A stretch of DNA of 64,000 bases from Marinilabiliales bacterium (GTDB lineage: Bacteria > Bacteroidota > Bacteroidia > Bacteroidales > SZUA-534). Each line of letters starts with the position of its first letter. Position 1 is the first letter of the stretch. The position numbers and the translations under genes are program-made. The notes beneath the pieces are model-generated. The model was not told the DNA's origin. It searched no databases and saw nothing but the letters and a program-made list of their open reading frames with translations. The stretch is from assembly GCA_003512955.1 (NCBI GenBank), contig DOTG01000004.1:54087-118086 (forward strand), written 5' to 3'. Below are positions 39,827 through 47,904 of this stretch, in pieces.

Positions 39827-40699
39827 ATGAATAAAATATTGTTTGTGACTTGGATTTCCTTTATAACAATGTTTTCATGTAAAACTGACCAGAAAAAGGA
39901 TGCTGATTTTAAAAATGAATCGAAATCTAAGGAATATCTAAATTTAAAAGACTTTTCTGAAAAATTTAGTGGTGTTTGGCTTCCTAAGAGTTATTTGTAT
40001 TCAATTGAAAAATCTAAATCTGCGTATTTATCACATAAAGCAATTCCGATAATTTCTGAGCTATCTATACATACAAAGGATTTAAAAAATGACACCTTAT
40101 ACATCGGTGCTAGTCTTAATAACCATGAAGGTTACGGATTTAATATTTGGAATACTGGACAATTGAAAGGTAATGAATACCTGAATAACATTTTTGATTG
40201 GGAAAAAGAGAATAAATATCTTTTTGTATATAATATAGCAGACACAACGATTTCTATAGTATTTAAAGGTATTAAAGACAGTATTGAAAGTCGAATTGAA
40301 TTTGTCAAAGTGCTTGAATATGAGTTTGTTTCTAACTACGGTGGAATTGGATATGATTACATTTCTCGAAAGTTTATAATTAATGGTAAATATCAAGTAC
40401 TCGACTCCAACAAAAATGACCTTGGAGTTGCTAATTTTGAGCCAATGACTGGAAAAATAAAGGATTTTAACTATGGTTATTATACAATTGCAACAGATTA
40501 TATAGCTAACCCTTGCTATCCAAGTGACCATATTATTCTGAGACTTAACCCTGAAGAATATTTAACTCAAAAATATCTGAGTATTATAAATAGGAATGAC
40601 ACGATTTTATTATATGAAACTGAGGAAATTGTAACTGATTCGACTTATGATTTCGGTTTGACTAGCATTGTATATTACATGATTAATAAAAATTACTAA
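39827..40699 (+). CDS. Hypothetical lipoprotein, single-gene cassette
   Basis: 290 aa. A signal peptide plus lipobox-like FSC (LFVTWISFITMFSCKTDQ). No family recognised. Confidence 0.5.
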   Translation: MNKILFVTWISFITMFSCKTDQKKDADFKNESKSKEYLNLKDFSEKFSGVWLPKSYLYSIEKSKSAYLSHKAIPIISELSIHTKDLKNDTLYIGASLNNHEGYGFNIWNTGQLKGNEYLNNIFDWEKENKYLFVYNIADTTISIVFKGIKDSIESRIEFVKVLEYEFVSNYGGIGYDYISRKFIINGKYQVLDSNKNDLGVANFEPMTGKIKDFNYGYYTIATDYIANPCYPSDHIILRLNPEEYLTQKYLSIINRNDTILLYETEEIVTDSTYDFGLTSIVYYMINKNY

Positions 40700-40829
40700 G
40701 CACAACACCGCATAATAAAGCAGCTGCGAGAAAGTGCAAACTTGAAATTATGAATAAGAAATTAACTATATTGGTGAAGCAAAAGGAAGTGCAAGAAAGC
40801 GCAACAGCTTCATATGCATAACGTTGGGC
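40700..40829 (+). repeat. attC-like site 5
   Basis: The left end GCACAAC begins the base after the stop codon. The right end is GTTGGGC. Inner arms are ACCGCATAATAAAGCAGCTGCG and GCGCAACAGCTTCATATGCAT. It is a close paralogue of site 2. Confidence 0.75.
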
Positions 40830-40850
40830 AACATTTTAGAAACCTAATTT

Positions 40851-41405
40851 ATGAATTACGATTTTAAAAATAAAAAAGAGGAATTTTTGGTAGTAGAATT
40901 TCTTCAATATAGCATAAATGCGGGACTTCAGACTAGAAATGAAGAATTTCCAATATATAGACTAGAAAATCTAAGCTTAGATTTTGCTAAACGACTTAGA
41001 AATGAAATCAAAGATTTTCTGCTTGTTTACTTAAAAGATTTTAATCGAGTAGATGAAAATGGGCATGTATCAAGAATAATAGAACTTTCGGATAAAATAT
41101 CAAAAAAATATTCCGAGATACTTTATAAAAAAAGGTTCAGGATTGGAGTCAGTCAAAAAATTGTAAATCTCTTCTTAAAGTATATGTGGACAAGTGGTCA
41201 AATTGAAATGCCATTTCACTGTCCAATTGATAATATTATCAAGACAAAAGTTCTTAAAGGGATAAAGAATAAGACATTGAAAGATTGGACAGAATTTGAT
41301 AAGATTACTGATTACATGAAGTATATAGACATAATCAGGCAAAAATCGAAAGATTTAAACCTAACTATTGCTGAATGGGAATTAGAGAACTGTAAAAGAA
41401 AATAA
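40851..41405 (+). CDS. Hypothetical soluble protein, single-gene cassette
   Basis: 184 aa. The only notable block is RIGVSQKIVNLFLKYMWTSGQIEMPFHCPIDNII. No confident family. Confidence 0.45.
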   Translation: MNYDFKNKKEEFLVVEFLQYSINAGLQTRNEEFPIYRLENLSLDFAKRLRNEIKDFLLVYLKDFNRVDENGHVSRIIELSDKISKKYSEILYKKRFRIGVSQKIVNLFLKYMWTSGQIEMPFHCPIDNIIKTKVLKGIKNKTLKDWTEFDKITDYMKYIDIIRQKSKDLNLTIAEWELENCKRK

Positions 41406-41541
41406 AAACGTTGCCCAAAGAGCGGTATAGCCAATAAGGGTTTCAGTGGCGTTCGAAAGTTTGTGGCTCGCATCAACTTTCGTGCATCTTGAAAGGGTAA
41501 AGCTCCGAATTCCCTTACTTGCCTTACTGCAAACGTTATGT
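41403..41541 (+). repeat. attC-like site 6
   Basis: The left end TAAAAAC overlaps the stop codon and the right end is GTTATGT. Inner arms are ...GCGGTATAGCCAATAAGGG and CCCTTACTTGCCTTACTGC. The central AAAGCTCCGAATTC resembles sites 3 and 7. Confidence 0.55.
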
Positions 41542-41637
41542 GCAAGGCGAAAAGACCCATCTACCAAATAAACGAGGATAATTTAAAGATTTTTTAATCC
41601 GTGAACGATTTGTAATAAAAAAGTTGATAAAATATTT

Positions 41638-41678
41638 GGTTTGTATTCCAGACTTAATTAGGTTTGTATCGCAGACTT
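41638..41678 (+). promoter_or_regulatory. Tandem direct repeat GGTTTGTATnnCAGACTT x2 (23-bp period) upstream of the 41704 operon
   Basis: GGTTTGTATTCCAGACTT lies at 41638-41655 and GGTTTGTATCGCAGACTT at 41661-41678, 26 bp before the ATG. This is a candidate operator for the wHTH protein encoded in the operon. Confidence 0.4.
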
Positions 41679-41703
41679 GTTTTATTAATTTAACTTAAAA
41701 ATC

Positions 41704-42315
41704 ATGGAAACACAACAACAAAATTTTGATTCATTTGATGAAAATCAATCACTTCAGGTGATTAAAGAAATGATTCAGGTTTCTCAAAAGAAACTAAAAA
41801 ACGATGGTGTTCTATTTATCTTATGGGGATGGATTATATTTTATAATTACATTTCATGGTATGTGATAAATAATATTGTAACAACCTACCAAATTTATAA
41901 GGGATTTGAATATTTTGCAAAAGGCATAGTAGTATTTGCATTTGCATTTTCAATCTATTATATTTTTAGAAAAAGTAAAAAAGTGACAACCTATATTGGA
42001 ATATCACTAAGATATGTTTGGATTTCATTAATAGTATGTCTCTCATTAGTCAATATGATTATATTTAATACGATACATGAATTTAATCCTACACTACAAC
42101 ATCCTATTTTTATGGTATTAATGGCCTTTGCAGTTGTGATTACCGGAGGAATATTGCGTTACAAATTAATCACCTTTGGAGGTATAGTTTTTGGCCTCTT
42201 AGCTTATATATGTATTTATTTTAGCGTAGAGATTCAAATGCTAATTGAAGCACTTGCTTGGTTAATTGCGTTTATTATTCCTGGCCATTATTTGTATGCA
42301 ACACGTAATAGCTAA
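41704..42315 (+). CDS. Hypothetical polytopic membrane protein
   Basis: 203 aa with five or six transmembrane helices after a short polar N-terminus. It is followed 5 bp later by a wHTH gene. Confidence 0.55.
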   Translation: METQQQNFDSFDENQSLQVIKEMIQVSQKKLKNDGVLFILWGWIIFYNYISWYVINNIVTTYQIYKGFEYFAKGIVVFAFAFSIYYIFRKSKKVTTYIGISLRYVWISLIVCLSLVNMIIFNTIHEFNPTLQHPIFMVLMAFAVVITGGILRYKLITFGGIVFGLLAYICIYFSVEIQMLIEALAWLIAFIIPGHYLYATRNS

Positions 42316-42320
42316 ATACC

Positions 42321-42623
42321 ATGTTCAAGGAATTAGACCCAATATTGCATTCACAAGTAAGGCTTGCTATAATGTCGTTATTGATGAGTGTAAAATCTGC
42401 TGAATTTAGTTTTTTGCTGGAAAATATTAACACAACAAAAGGAAATTTGAGTTTTCAGCTAACAAAGTTGAATGAAGCAGAATATATTAATATCAAAAAG
42501 TCTTTCAAAGGCAATTATCCATTAACAACTTGCGAAGTTACTCAAAAAGGGATCGATGCTTATGAAATTTATGTCAAATCTATTGATGAATATTTTAAAG
42601 AGTTTAAAAACAATAAAAAATAA
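42321..42623 (+). CDS. Winged-helix transcriptional regulator (HTH_34-like)
   Basis: 100 aa. LDPILHSQVRLAIMSLLMSVKSAEFSFLLENINTTKGNLSFQLTKLNEAEYI is typical of small ArsR/PadR-like wHTH proteins. Confidence 0.7.
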   Translation: MFKELDPILHSQVRLAIMSLLMSVKSAEFSFLLENINTTKGNLSFQLTKLNEAEYINIKKSFKGNYPLTTCEVTQKGIDAYEIYVKSIDEYFKEFKNNKK

Positions 42624-42627
42624 AATT

Positions 42628-43251
42628 ATGAAAACATTTAACCGGAAAACTATGAAAGCAATATTTTTAGTATCCATGTCTTTTCTATTTTTCATTATTT
42701 CATGTGATTCACAAACAAATACAAATGGACAAAAAGTTGTATTTGGAATACATGAAGTTGTAAAAGTGGATGTAATACCAGTTGCAATAATTGATACCCT
42801 AAAATCCATGGGTGTTCAAATTGAAAGCAATCCACAAAAACCTGTTCTTGGTTATATTACCATGAAAGATTCTCTGGTTCTTCAATTTGATTTATCTAAA
42901 GAAAACATTAAACTAGTAAAAATGATTCAGATGACTGATGAAGAACAAAAATATTTCGTGTTAGCTGGGATTAGACCAAACACTGTTATTAGCATGTCGT
43001 CTATAAAAAAAACCAAAGCTAATGGAAACAATGTGGAGATTTATTTCAATTCGAAGGGTGCTACAGATTGGGCGGATTTTACAAAACAAAACATTGGAAA
43101 ATCGATAGCATTCATCATTGACAATCAAATTTATGCAATTCCTGTAATAAATGGTGAGATTAAACATGGGATTGCAATGATTACTGGACTTAATAATGAA
43201 ACCATTGCAAAAAATATTTCGCAGGCATTGAATTTAAGCATACCTAAATGA
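42628..43251 (+). CDS. Lipoprotein with a SecD-head-like domain
   Basis: ORF 42556..43251. I prefer the start at MKTFNRKTMKAIFLVSMSFLFFIISC (42628), with the lipobox Cys. The C-terminus GATDWADFTKQNIGKSIAFIIDNQIYAIPVINGEIKHGIAMITG resembles the SecD P1 head pattern, from memory. Confidence 0.45.
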   Translation: MKTFNRKTMKAIFLVSMSFLFFIISCDSQTNTNGQKVVFGIHEVVKVDVIPVAIIDTLKSMGVQIESNPQKPVLGYITMKDSLVLQFDLSKENIKLVKMIQMTDEEQKYFVLAGIRPNTVISMSSIKKTKANGNNVEIYFNSKGATDWADFTKQNIGKSIAFIIDNQIYAIPVINGEIKHGIAMITGLNNETIAKNISQALNLSIPK

Positions 43252-43356
43252 TATTTTTTTAATACAGATAAAAAATTGATTATAAACAACGCCCAGCACA
43301 TAACATGCAACATTGTAAAAAGACAGCTTCGAACGATAAATAATTGAATTGAAATC

Positions 43357-43672
43357 ATGTTAGTCCTTAAAATAGATATTTTAAAATACATCAGTGACGA
43401 CCAACCCGGATTTGCTGAAGCCAGATTTAAAGATGCATGGGATAAAGAATTTATGGTTCATGATAAAGTTTCCCATTTTTACTAAAGAATATTTAGATTC
43501 TAATAGTAAATACCCTCAGCCTGGCATTATTGCTTGCTTGAAAATTAAAGAGTTTGTTGATAAGGATGGTCGAAGAATTATTACAATAAACACAGAGAAA
43601 CCTTGGGCTGTGGAAACTATTGATGGTATTTATCAATTTGATATTTTACCTAACCAATTAACAGAGATATAA
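43357..43672 (+). pseudogene. Small cassette gene interrupted by a +1 frameshift
   Basis: Frame 1 reads MLVLKIDILKYISDDQPGFAEARFKDAWDKEFMVHDKVSHFY* (43357-43485). Frame 2 continues as FPIFTKEYLDSNSKYPQPGIIACLKIKEF... to 43672. Removing one T from the T-run at 43469-43471 (GTTTCCC) gives a continuous ...VHDKVPIFTKEY... protein. Confidence 0.5.
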
Positions 43673-43695
43673 TTAGTAAGACTGATTTATGAAAT

Positions 43696-43977
43696 ATGAA
43701 ATATGAAATTGAAATAATGAAGCCTTTATTTAGACTTTTGTGGCTTCAGTCTGATAATTATAAATTGCCAATCCAAAATATGGGATATAATTTAATGGAA
43801 GTTGGAAAATTTACTGGTCGGACAAGAGATATTATTAAACATTACCTTGACTACTTAATTGACCAAGGATTTATGGAGCTTGTCTCAGAGAAACCTTTAT
43901 TGTATCAGTTTACAGATAAAGGAAGACTAATAAAAGGTATGGATGATATTGAAAAAATAATAAACAACGTTGCATAA
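43696..43977 (+). CDS. Hypothetical small protein (possible wHTH)
   Basis: 93-aa ORF. The segment TGRTRDIIKHYLDYLIDQGFMELVSEKPLLYQFTDKGR is winged-helix-like. Confidence 0.4.
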   Translation: MKYEIEIMKPLFRLLWLQSDNYKLPIQNMGYNLMEVGKFTGRTRDIIKHYLDYLIDQGFMELVSEKPLLYQFTDKGRLIKGMDDIEKIINNVA

Positions 43978-44013
43978 CACAGTGTATGCCATTTTAAGAC
44001 AACACAACAAACA

Positions 44014-44583
44014 ATGACAGAACTTGAAAAATACATACAAACTTATTTCGGTGTCAACAAAGACGACTTGACGAAAATCAGTTCGTTTTTCAAACCTTCG
44101 GCATTGAAAAAGGGCGACTATTTTCTCAAAACTGGTAGGCATTCCGACAGACTTGGTTTTGTTCAGTCAGGTATTATTAGAGAGTTCGTTTTCATTGACG
44201 ACAAAGAAGTAACAAAGTGGATTTCAACAAAAGGTTATTTTGCGGTGGACTTATCCAGTTTTATTTTTCAACTTCCTGCTCGTTGGAACATTCAGGCATT
44301 GACAGATTGTGAACTTTATATCATTGACAGCAAGGGTTATCAAAAAATTGGTCAAGTAATTCCTCGTTGGGCAGAATTAGAAAAACTATTTATAGCAAAG
44401 TGTTTTACTGTTTTGGAAGACAGAATTATTACGCATCTGTCAATGACAGCGGAAGAAAGATATAATCATCTTTTTAATTTTAATAAAGAATTGTTTAACC
44501 TAGTGCCTTTGCAATACTTGGCTTCAATGCTTGGTATGACACCTGAAACATTAAGCAGGTTAAGAAAAAAAGCGGCTGGCTGA
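44014..44583 (+). CDS. Crp/Fnr-family (cNMP-binding domain) transcriptional regulator
   Basis: 189 aa with a cNMP-binding beta-roll (KKGDYFLKTGRHSDRLGFVQSGIIREF) and a C-terminal HTH (LQYLASMLGMTPETLSRLRKK). Confidence 0.8.
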   Translation: MTELEKYIQTYFGVNKDDLTKISSFFKPSALKKGDYFLKTGRHSDRLGFVQSGIIREFVFIDDKEVTKWISTKGYFAVDLSSFIFQLPARWNIQALTDCELYIIDSKGYQKIGQVIPRWAELEKLFIAKCFTVLEDRIITHLSMTAEERYNHLFNFNKELFNLVPLQYLASMLGMTPETLSRLRKKAAG

Positions 44584-44656
44584 ACTTCTTGATTTTTGTC
44601 AAGAGCAAGCCTTGGTTTTGTGCAGACCTTTGTAAGGTTAATTAAAACAAAGGACA

Positions 44657-45169
44657 ATGTTTACAAAATCAATTTTACTAACCGCAATTAGCTTGGCAAT
44701 TTCAACTGGTTCATTTGCACAAAACAATTCAAAAATGAAAAGTATTAACAACAGCGCACCTGTAAAGTGCAGCAAGACAATCACTATTAATGCAAACAGC
44801 GAAAAAGTATGGGCTGTAATGACCAACATTAACAATTGGGCAACTTGGCAAACTGACATCAGTAAACCGAAGCTGAATGGAGAATTAAAGCCAGAAACAA
44901 CATTTGACTGGAAAACTGGTGGAGTAAAAATCCATTCAACACTTCATACCGTTGAACCATTTAAGAAATTGGGTTGGACGGGAAAAACATATGGTTTGTC
45001 TGCGGTACACAACTGGACATTGACTGAAACAAATGGACAAACAAATGTTTCGGTTGACGAAAGTATGGAAGGTTTTTTTGCAGGGCTTTTGAAAAAACCA
45101 TTCAGCAAAAACTTGGAAAAAGGTATGCAAAACTGGCTCGACTTATTGAAACAAGAATGTGAAAAGTAA
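44657..45169 (+). CDS. SRPBCC/START-like (polyketide cyclase family) protein with signal peptide
   Basis: 170 aa. The pattern ITINANSEKVWAVMTNINNWATWQTDI...WTGKTYGLSAVHNWTL is typical of SRPBCC domain proteins. Confidence 0.65.
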   Translation: MFTKSILLTAISLAISTGSFAQNNSKMKSINNSAPVKCSKTITINANSEKVWAVMTNINNWATWQTDISKPKLNGELKPETTFDWKTGGVKIHSTLHTVEPFKKLGWTGKTYGLSAVHNWTLTETNGQTNVSVDESMEGFFAGLLKKPFSKNLEKGMQNWLDLLKQECEK

Positions 45170-45245
45170 CACGAAACAAAGAAATACGGCATAAACAGCA
45201 CCTACCACGTTGGATGCAAGCCAGGAAAAGCCCTTTTCGATAGTT

Positions 45246-45257
45246 ATAAAGTGTAAA
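45246..45257 (+). repeat. 12-bp direct repeat ATAAAGTGTAAA, left copy
   Basis: Identical to 47291-47302. It lies in a sequence resembling an attC left arm (CGATAGTTATAAAGTGTAAAA vs site 3 CCGATAACGCGGTATAAAAC), 7 bp from the fabF stop. Confidence 0.6.
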
Positions 45258-45264
45258 AAAGTTA

Positions 45265-46509
45265 TTATTGATACTTTTTGAAGACCGTTGTTGTTGTATG
45301 GCCACCAAACCCAAAAGTATTATTTAAAGCAACAGAAATATCTTTGTGACAGGCCTTATTGGGTGTAAAATTTAATTGTTGATTTATGGTTGGGTCAATT
45401 TCATTTAGATTGATTGTCGGGGGTATTATATTGTGAACAATAGCTTTTACACAAGCAATGGATTCAATAGCACCTGCTGCCCCTAATAAATGACCAGTCA
45501 TTGATTTTGTTGCACTAATTTGTATTTGGTCTAACGATTGTCCAAAGACTTTTTCTATAGCCTTACACTCACTTATATCACCAATAGACGTTGATGTAGC
45601 GTGAGCATTAACATACGTAACATCATTTGCATTAATCCCCGCATCTTTTAATGCTCCTTCAATGGCTAATATTGCACCTAATCCCTCTGGGTGTGTTGCT
45701 GCTACATGATATGCATCAGATGCAGATCCATATCCAGCTAACTCACAGTAGATTTTAGCACCCCTGTTAATTGCGTGTTCCCGTTCTTCAATCATTAATA
45801 CTCCCGCACCTTCACCTAAAACAAAGCCATCCCGGTTTTTATCAAATGGGCGCGATGCAGTTTCAGGTGATTCGTTCAATGTAGATAATGCTTTCATGGA
45901 ATTAAATCCCCCAACTGCAGCCTGTGTTATTGTGGCTTCGGAACCACCTGCTAAAACAATGTCGGCCCTTCCTAATCGAATAATATCAAGTGCATTGGCT
46001 ATTGCATTATTAGATGCTGCACATGCTGAAGTTATAGCATAACTAATTCCATGCAATCCATAACGAATAGAAATTTGTCCGCTAGCGATATTTGATATCA
46101 TTTTTGTTATAAAAAATGGATTAAATCTGGGAGTTTTATGGTTCTCTCCGAAACTTAGAAGTTCCTCTTCAAATGTTTGCATGCCGCCAATTCCAGTCGC
46201 CATTATAACTCCAATTCTATTGCGGTTACAAGTATTTAAGTCAATCTTTGAGTCATTCAAACATTCGTCAGTGGCGGCTAAAGCATATAGCGTAAATAGG
46301 TCCATTTTACGAGCTTCTTGCTTATCTAAATATTGTAAAGGGTTAAATCCTTTTACTTCACAAGCGAATTTTGTTTTATGTTTGGTGGTATCAAATTTGG
46401 TAATTGAACTTGCACCACTTTTCCCACTTATAAGATTTCCCCAAAAATCATTTACATTATTGCCTATCGGAGTTATTGCCCCAAGGCCAGTGATTACCGC
46501 TCTTTTCAT
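45265..46509 (-). CDS. fabF: Beta-ketoacyl-ACP synthase II
   Basis: 414 aa. The KAS II blocks are complete: the active-site Cys region AITSACAASNNAI, then NAHATSTSIGD and GHLLGAAG. It is oriented opposite to the cassette array. Confidence 0.9.
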   Translation of the reverse strand: MKRAVITGLGAITPIGNNVNDFWGNLISGKSGASSITKFDTTKHKTKFACEVKGFNPLQYLDKQEARKMDLFTLYALAATDECLNDSKIDLNTCNRNRIGVIMATGIGGMQTFEEELLSFGENHKTPRFNPFFITKMISNIASGQISIRYGLHGISYAITSACAASNNAIANALDIIRLGRADIVLAGGSEATITQAAVGGFNSMKALSTLNESPETASRPFDKNRDGFVLGEGAGVLMIEEREHAINRGAKIYCELAGYGSASDAYHVAATHPEGLGAILAIEGALKDAGINANDVTYVNAHATSTSIGDISECKAIEKVFGQSLDQIQISATKSMTGHLLGAAGAIESIACVKAIVHNIIPPTINLNEIDPTINQQLNFTPNKACHKDISVALNNTFGFGGHTTTTVFKKYQ

Positions 46510-46545
46510 AATTATTTATTTAAAATGATAAAATGTTTCAAAATA

Positions 46546-46565
46546 TACTTACTAATAAGTAAGTA
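46546..46565. promoter_or_regulatory. Palindromic operator-like site TACTTACTAATAAGTAAGTA between tetR and fabF
   Basis: Perfect 8-bp arms TACTTACT/AGTAAGTA. The same motif occurs at 47165-47184. Confidence 0.55.
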
Positions 46566-46580
46566 GTATGTGTAAAATTT

Positions 46581-47159
46581 TTATGGTTTTAAATCATCAA
46601 GAATTGATTGTTGCAAGCACTTATAATCAATTTTTTCCATTATTCCGGTTAATTGAAGGCTTGCAACTAAACTAGAGAAGATAATTAAAGCTTTACTATC
46701 CGGCGCATCTTTAAATGCAAAAACCTCATTATTCCGTCCCCGGTCAAGAAGTTCCGTTAACCATTTTAATATCATCTCAATCATTTTTTTTAGCTCTACT
46801 TTTGTGGTCTCGTTTAAAGTGTTATAATCAGGACTTAACGAACCAACCAAACATTTTTTATGTTCACGGTAACTTTTAACATAAATTTTAATGAACGTTT
46901 CAAGTTGTTGCCATTCATTAAACTTTCTGTTAACCATATTATCAACCATCTCTTCAAAGCGTTGAATATTAGTTTTAACGATGCTGGTTCCCAGGTTCTC
47001 TTTCGATGGAAAATAATAGTGGACGGCTGCATTTTTTATTCCTAATTCCGAAGATATGTCCTGGTAACTGAAAGCGTTGTACCCTTTGGTGCGGATAAGG
47101 TTTTCTCCTAATTCTAATATTTTTTCTCTTGTTACTGACATTTTGCAAAATTTTGACAC
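46581..47159 (-). CDS. TetR/AcrR-family transcriptional regulator
   Basis: 192 aa. The N-terminal HTH is GYNAFSYQDISSELGIKNAAVHYYFPSKENL. It lies directly upstream of, and co-oriented with, fabF. Confidence 0.85.
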   Translation of the reverse strand: MSKFCKMSVTREKILELGENLIRTKGYNAFSYQDISSELGIKNAAVHYYFPSKENLGTSIVKTNIQRFEEMVDNMVNRKFNEWQQLETFIKIYVKSYREHKKCLVGSLSPDYNTLNETTKVELKKMIEMILKWLTELLDRGRNNEVFAFKDAPDSKALIIFSSLVASLQLTGIMEKIDYKCLQQSILDDLKP

Positions 47160-47164
47160 AAATA

Positions 47165-47184
47165 TACTTACTAATTAGTAAGTA
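47165..47184. promoter_or_regulatory. Perfect 20-bp palindrome TACTTACTAATTAGTAAGTA upstream of tetR
   Basis: Perfect 10-bp arms, 6 bp upstream of the annotated tetR start codon. Confidence 0.6.
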
Positions 47185-47285
47185 AAAAATATTTCTTTAT
47201 TTTTTATTTGTTAACTTCGGGTCACATTTTGGAAAAATTCTATGATAGGTTTAACTACATTTGGGCAAAAAGAAAAAAGGCCTGT

Positions 47286-47405
47286 TGCTAATAAAGTGTA
47301 AATACCTTGCGGGTTTTAGGTGGTTATCCAGGGAGGCACCGCCTGCAAAACCGGATAAGTGAAAAGCTCCGCAATTCTTACGGTACATAGCCTCGGTCGT
47401 TGTAT
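47286..47405 (+). repeat. attC-like site 7 (degenerate left end)
   Basis: The body aligns with site 3 (TTGCGGGTTTTAGGTGGTTATCCAG vs ATTGGGGTTTAAGTGGTTATTCGAG; CCGCAATTC... vs CCGCAATCC...). The right end is GTTGTAT at 47399-47405. The left end is GCTAATA instead of ...AAC. Confidence 0.5.
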
Positions 47406-47490
47406 GCCAGAAACCAGCCCGATAATCCAACGTAAAAAAGATTTTAAATTTCTTATGTAAATTAAAAAATTGAAGAATATTTTCACTATG

Positions 47491-47526
47491 TTTACAAAAT
47501 GCAAGCAATTGCTTGCATTTTGTAAA
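47491..47526. promoter_or_regulatory. Perfect 36-bp palindrome TTTACAAAATGCAAGCAA|TTGCTTGCATTTTGTAAA (TetR operator candidate)
   Basis: Both 18-bp halves are exact reverse complements. The site ends 9 bp before the ATG at 47536. Confidence 0.7.
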
Positions 47527-47535
47527 CAATAATTT

Positions 47536-47901
47536 ATGGAATGGTACATACCTATATCGCTTTTACCTGGAATTGCTTTAATAATTCTTTCTACGAGCAA
47601 TTTTATTATAGCATTAAACAATGAAATAAAGGAATTGAAAAGTAACTATGATTTGTACGAGAAAATAATCAACTTGAAAATCATTCAATTAAAACGACTC
47701 AGCATTGCTATTAGTGGCTTGTATATAAGTGTACTATTATTTACTCTAACAGGTCTATTGAGTTGGTTTTCAGCTCTAAAGCCAGTTATTTTTAGCTCGC
47801 TTATTTTTTCAATGACATGTATGTTTTTTTCAGTAACCTTCCTTATTTCATTTGCAGTTAGGGCAATTAAAATTAGACATTTACATTTAAAAATTCATTA
47901 A
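47536..47901 (+). CDS. DUF2721-like small membrane protein
   Basis: 121 aa. WYIPISLLPGIALIILSTSNF, a coiled segment and two transmembrane helices. Family from memory. Confidence 0.6.
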   Translation: MEWYIPISLLPGIALIILSTSNFIIALNNEIKELKSNYDLYEKIINLKIIQLKRLSIAISGLYISVLLFTLTGLLSWFSALKPVIFSSLIFSMTCMFFSVTFLISFAVRAIKIRHLHLKIH

Positions 47902-47904
47902 TCA

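Noticed and set aside
42556-42627. Upstream start codons proposed by the ORF track for 42556..43251, and likewise 48482 for the Fe-S gene, 62061 for murD and 7891 for the membrane protein
   Set aside because: These extensions overlap the preceding gene or an operator-like palindrome, and they add residues that do not look like a signal peptide. An internal ATG gives a canonical N-terminus in each case.
45170-45215. Short (46-bp) candidate attC, ACGAAAC...GTTGGAT, after the SRPBCC gene
   Set aside because: The ends fit, but I could not find complementary inner arms. It looks like only the right half of a family member, so it is reported as a fragment and not as a site.
47212-47255. GTTAACT ... 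GTTTAAC pair upstream of the minus-strand tetR, considered as an inverted attC belonging to the reversed fabF-tetR module
   Set aside because: The order of the core-like heptamers is wrong for a single attC on either strand, and there is no arm complementarity between them.
47251-47621. Minus-strand ORFs 47251..47529 and 47316..47621
   Set aside because: They span attC-like site 7 and the 36-bp palindromic operator, and their products look non-protein-like.
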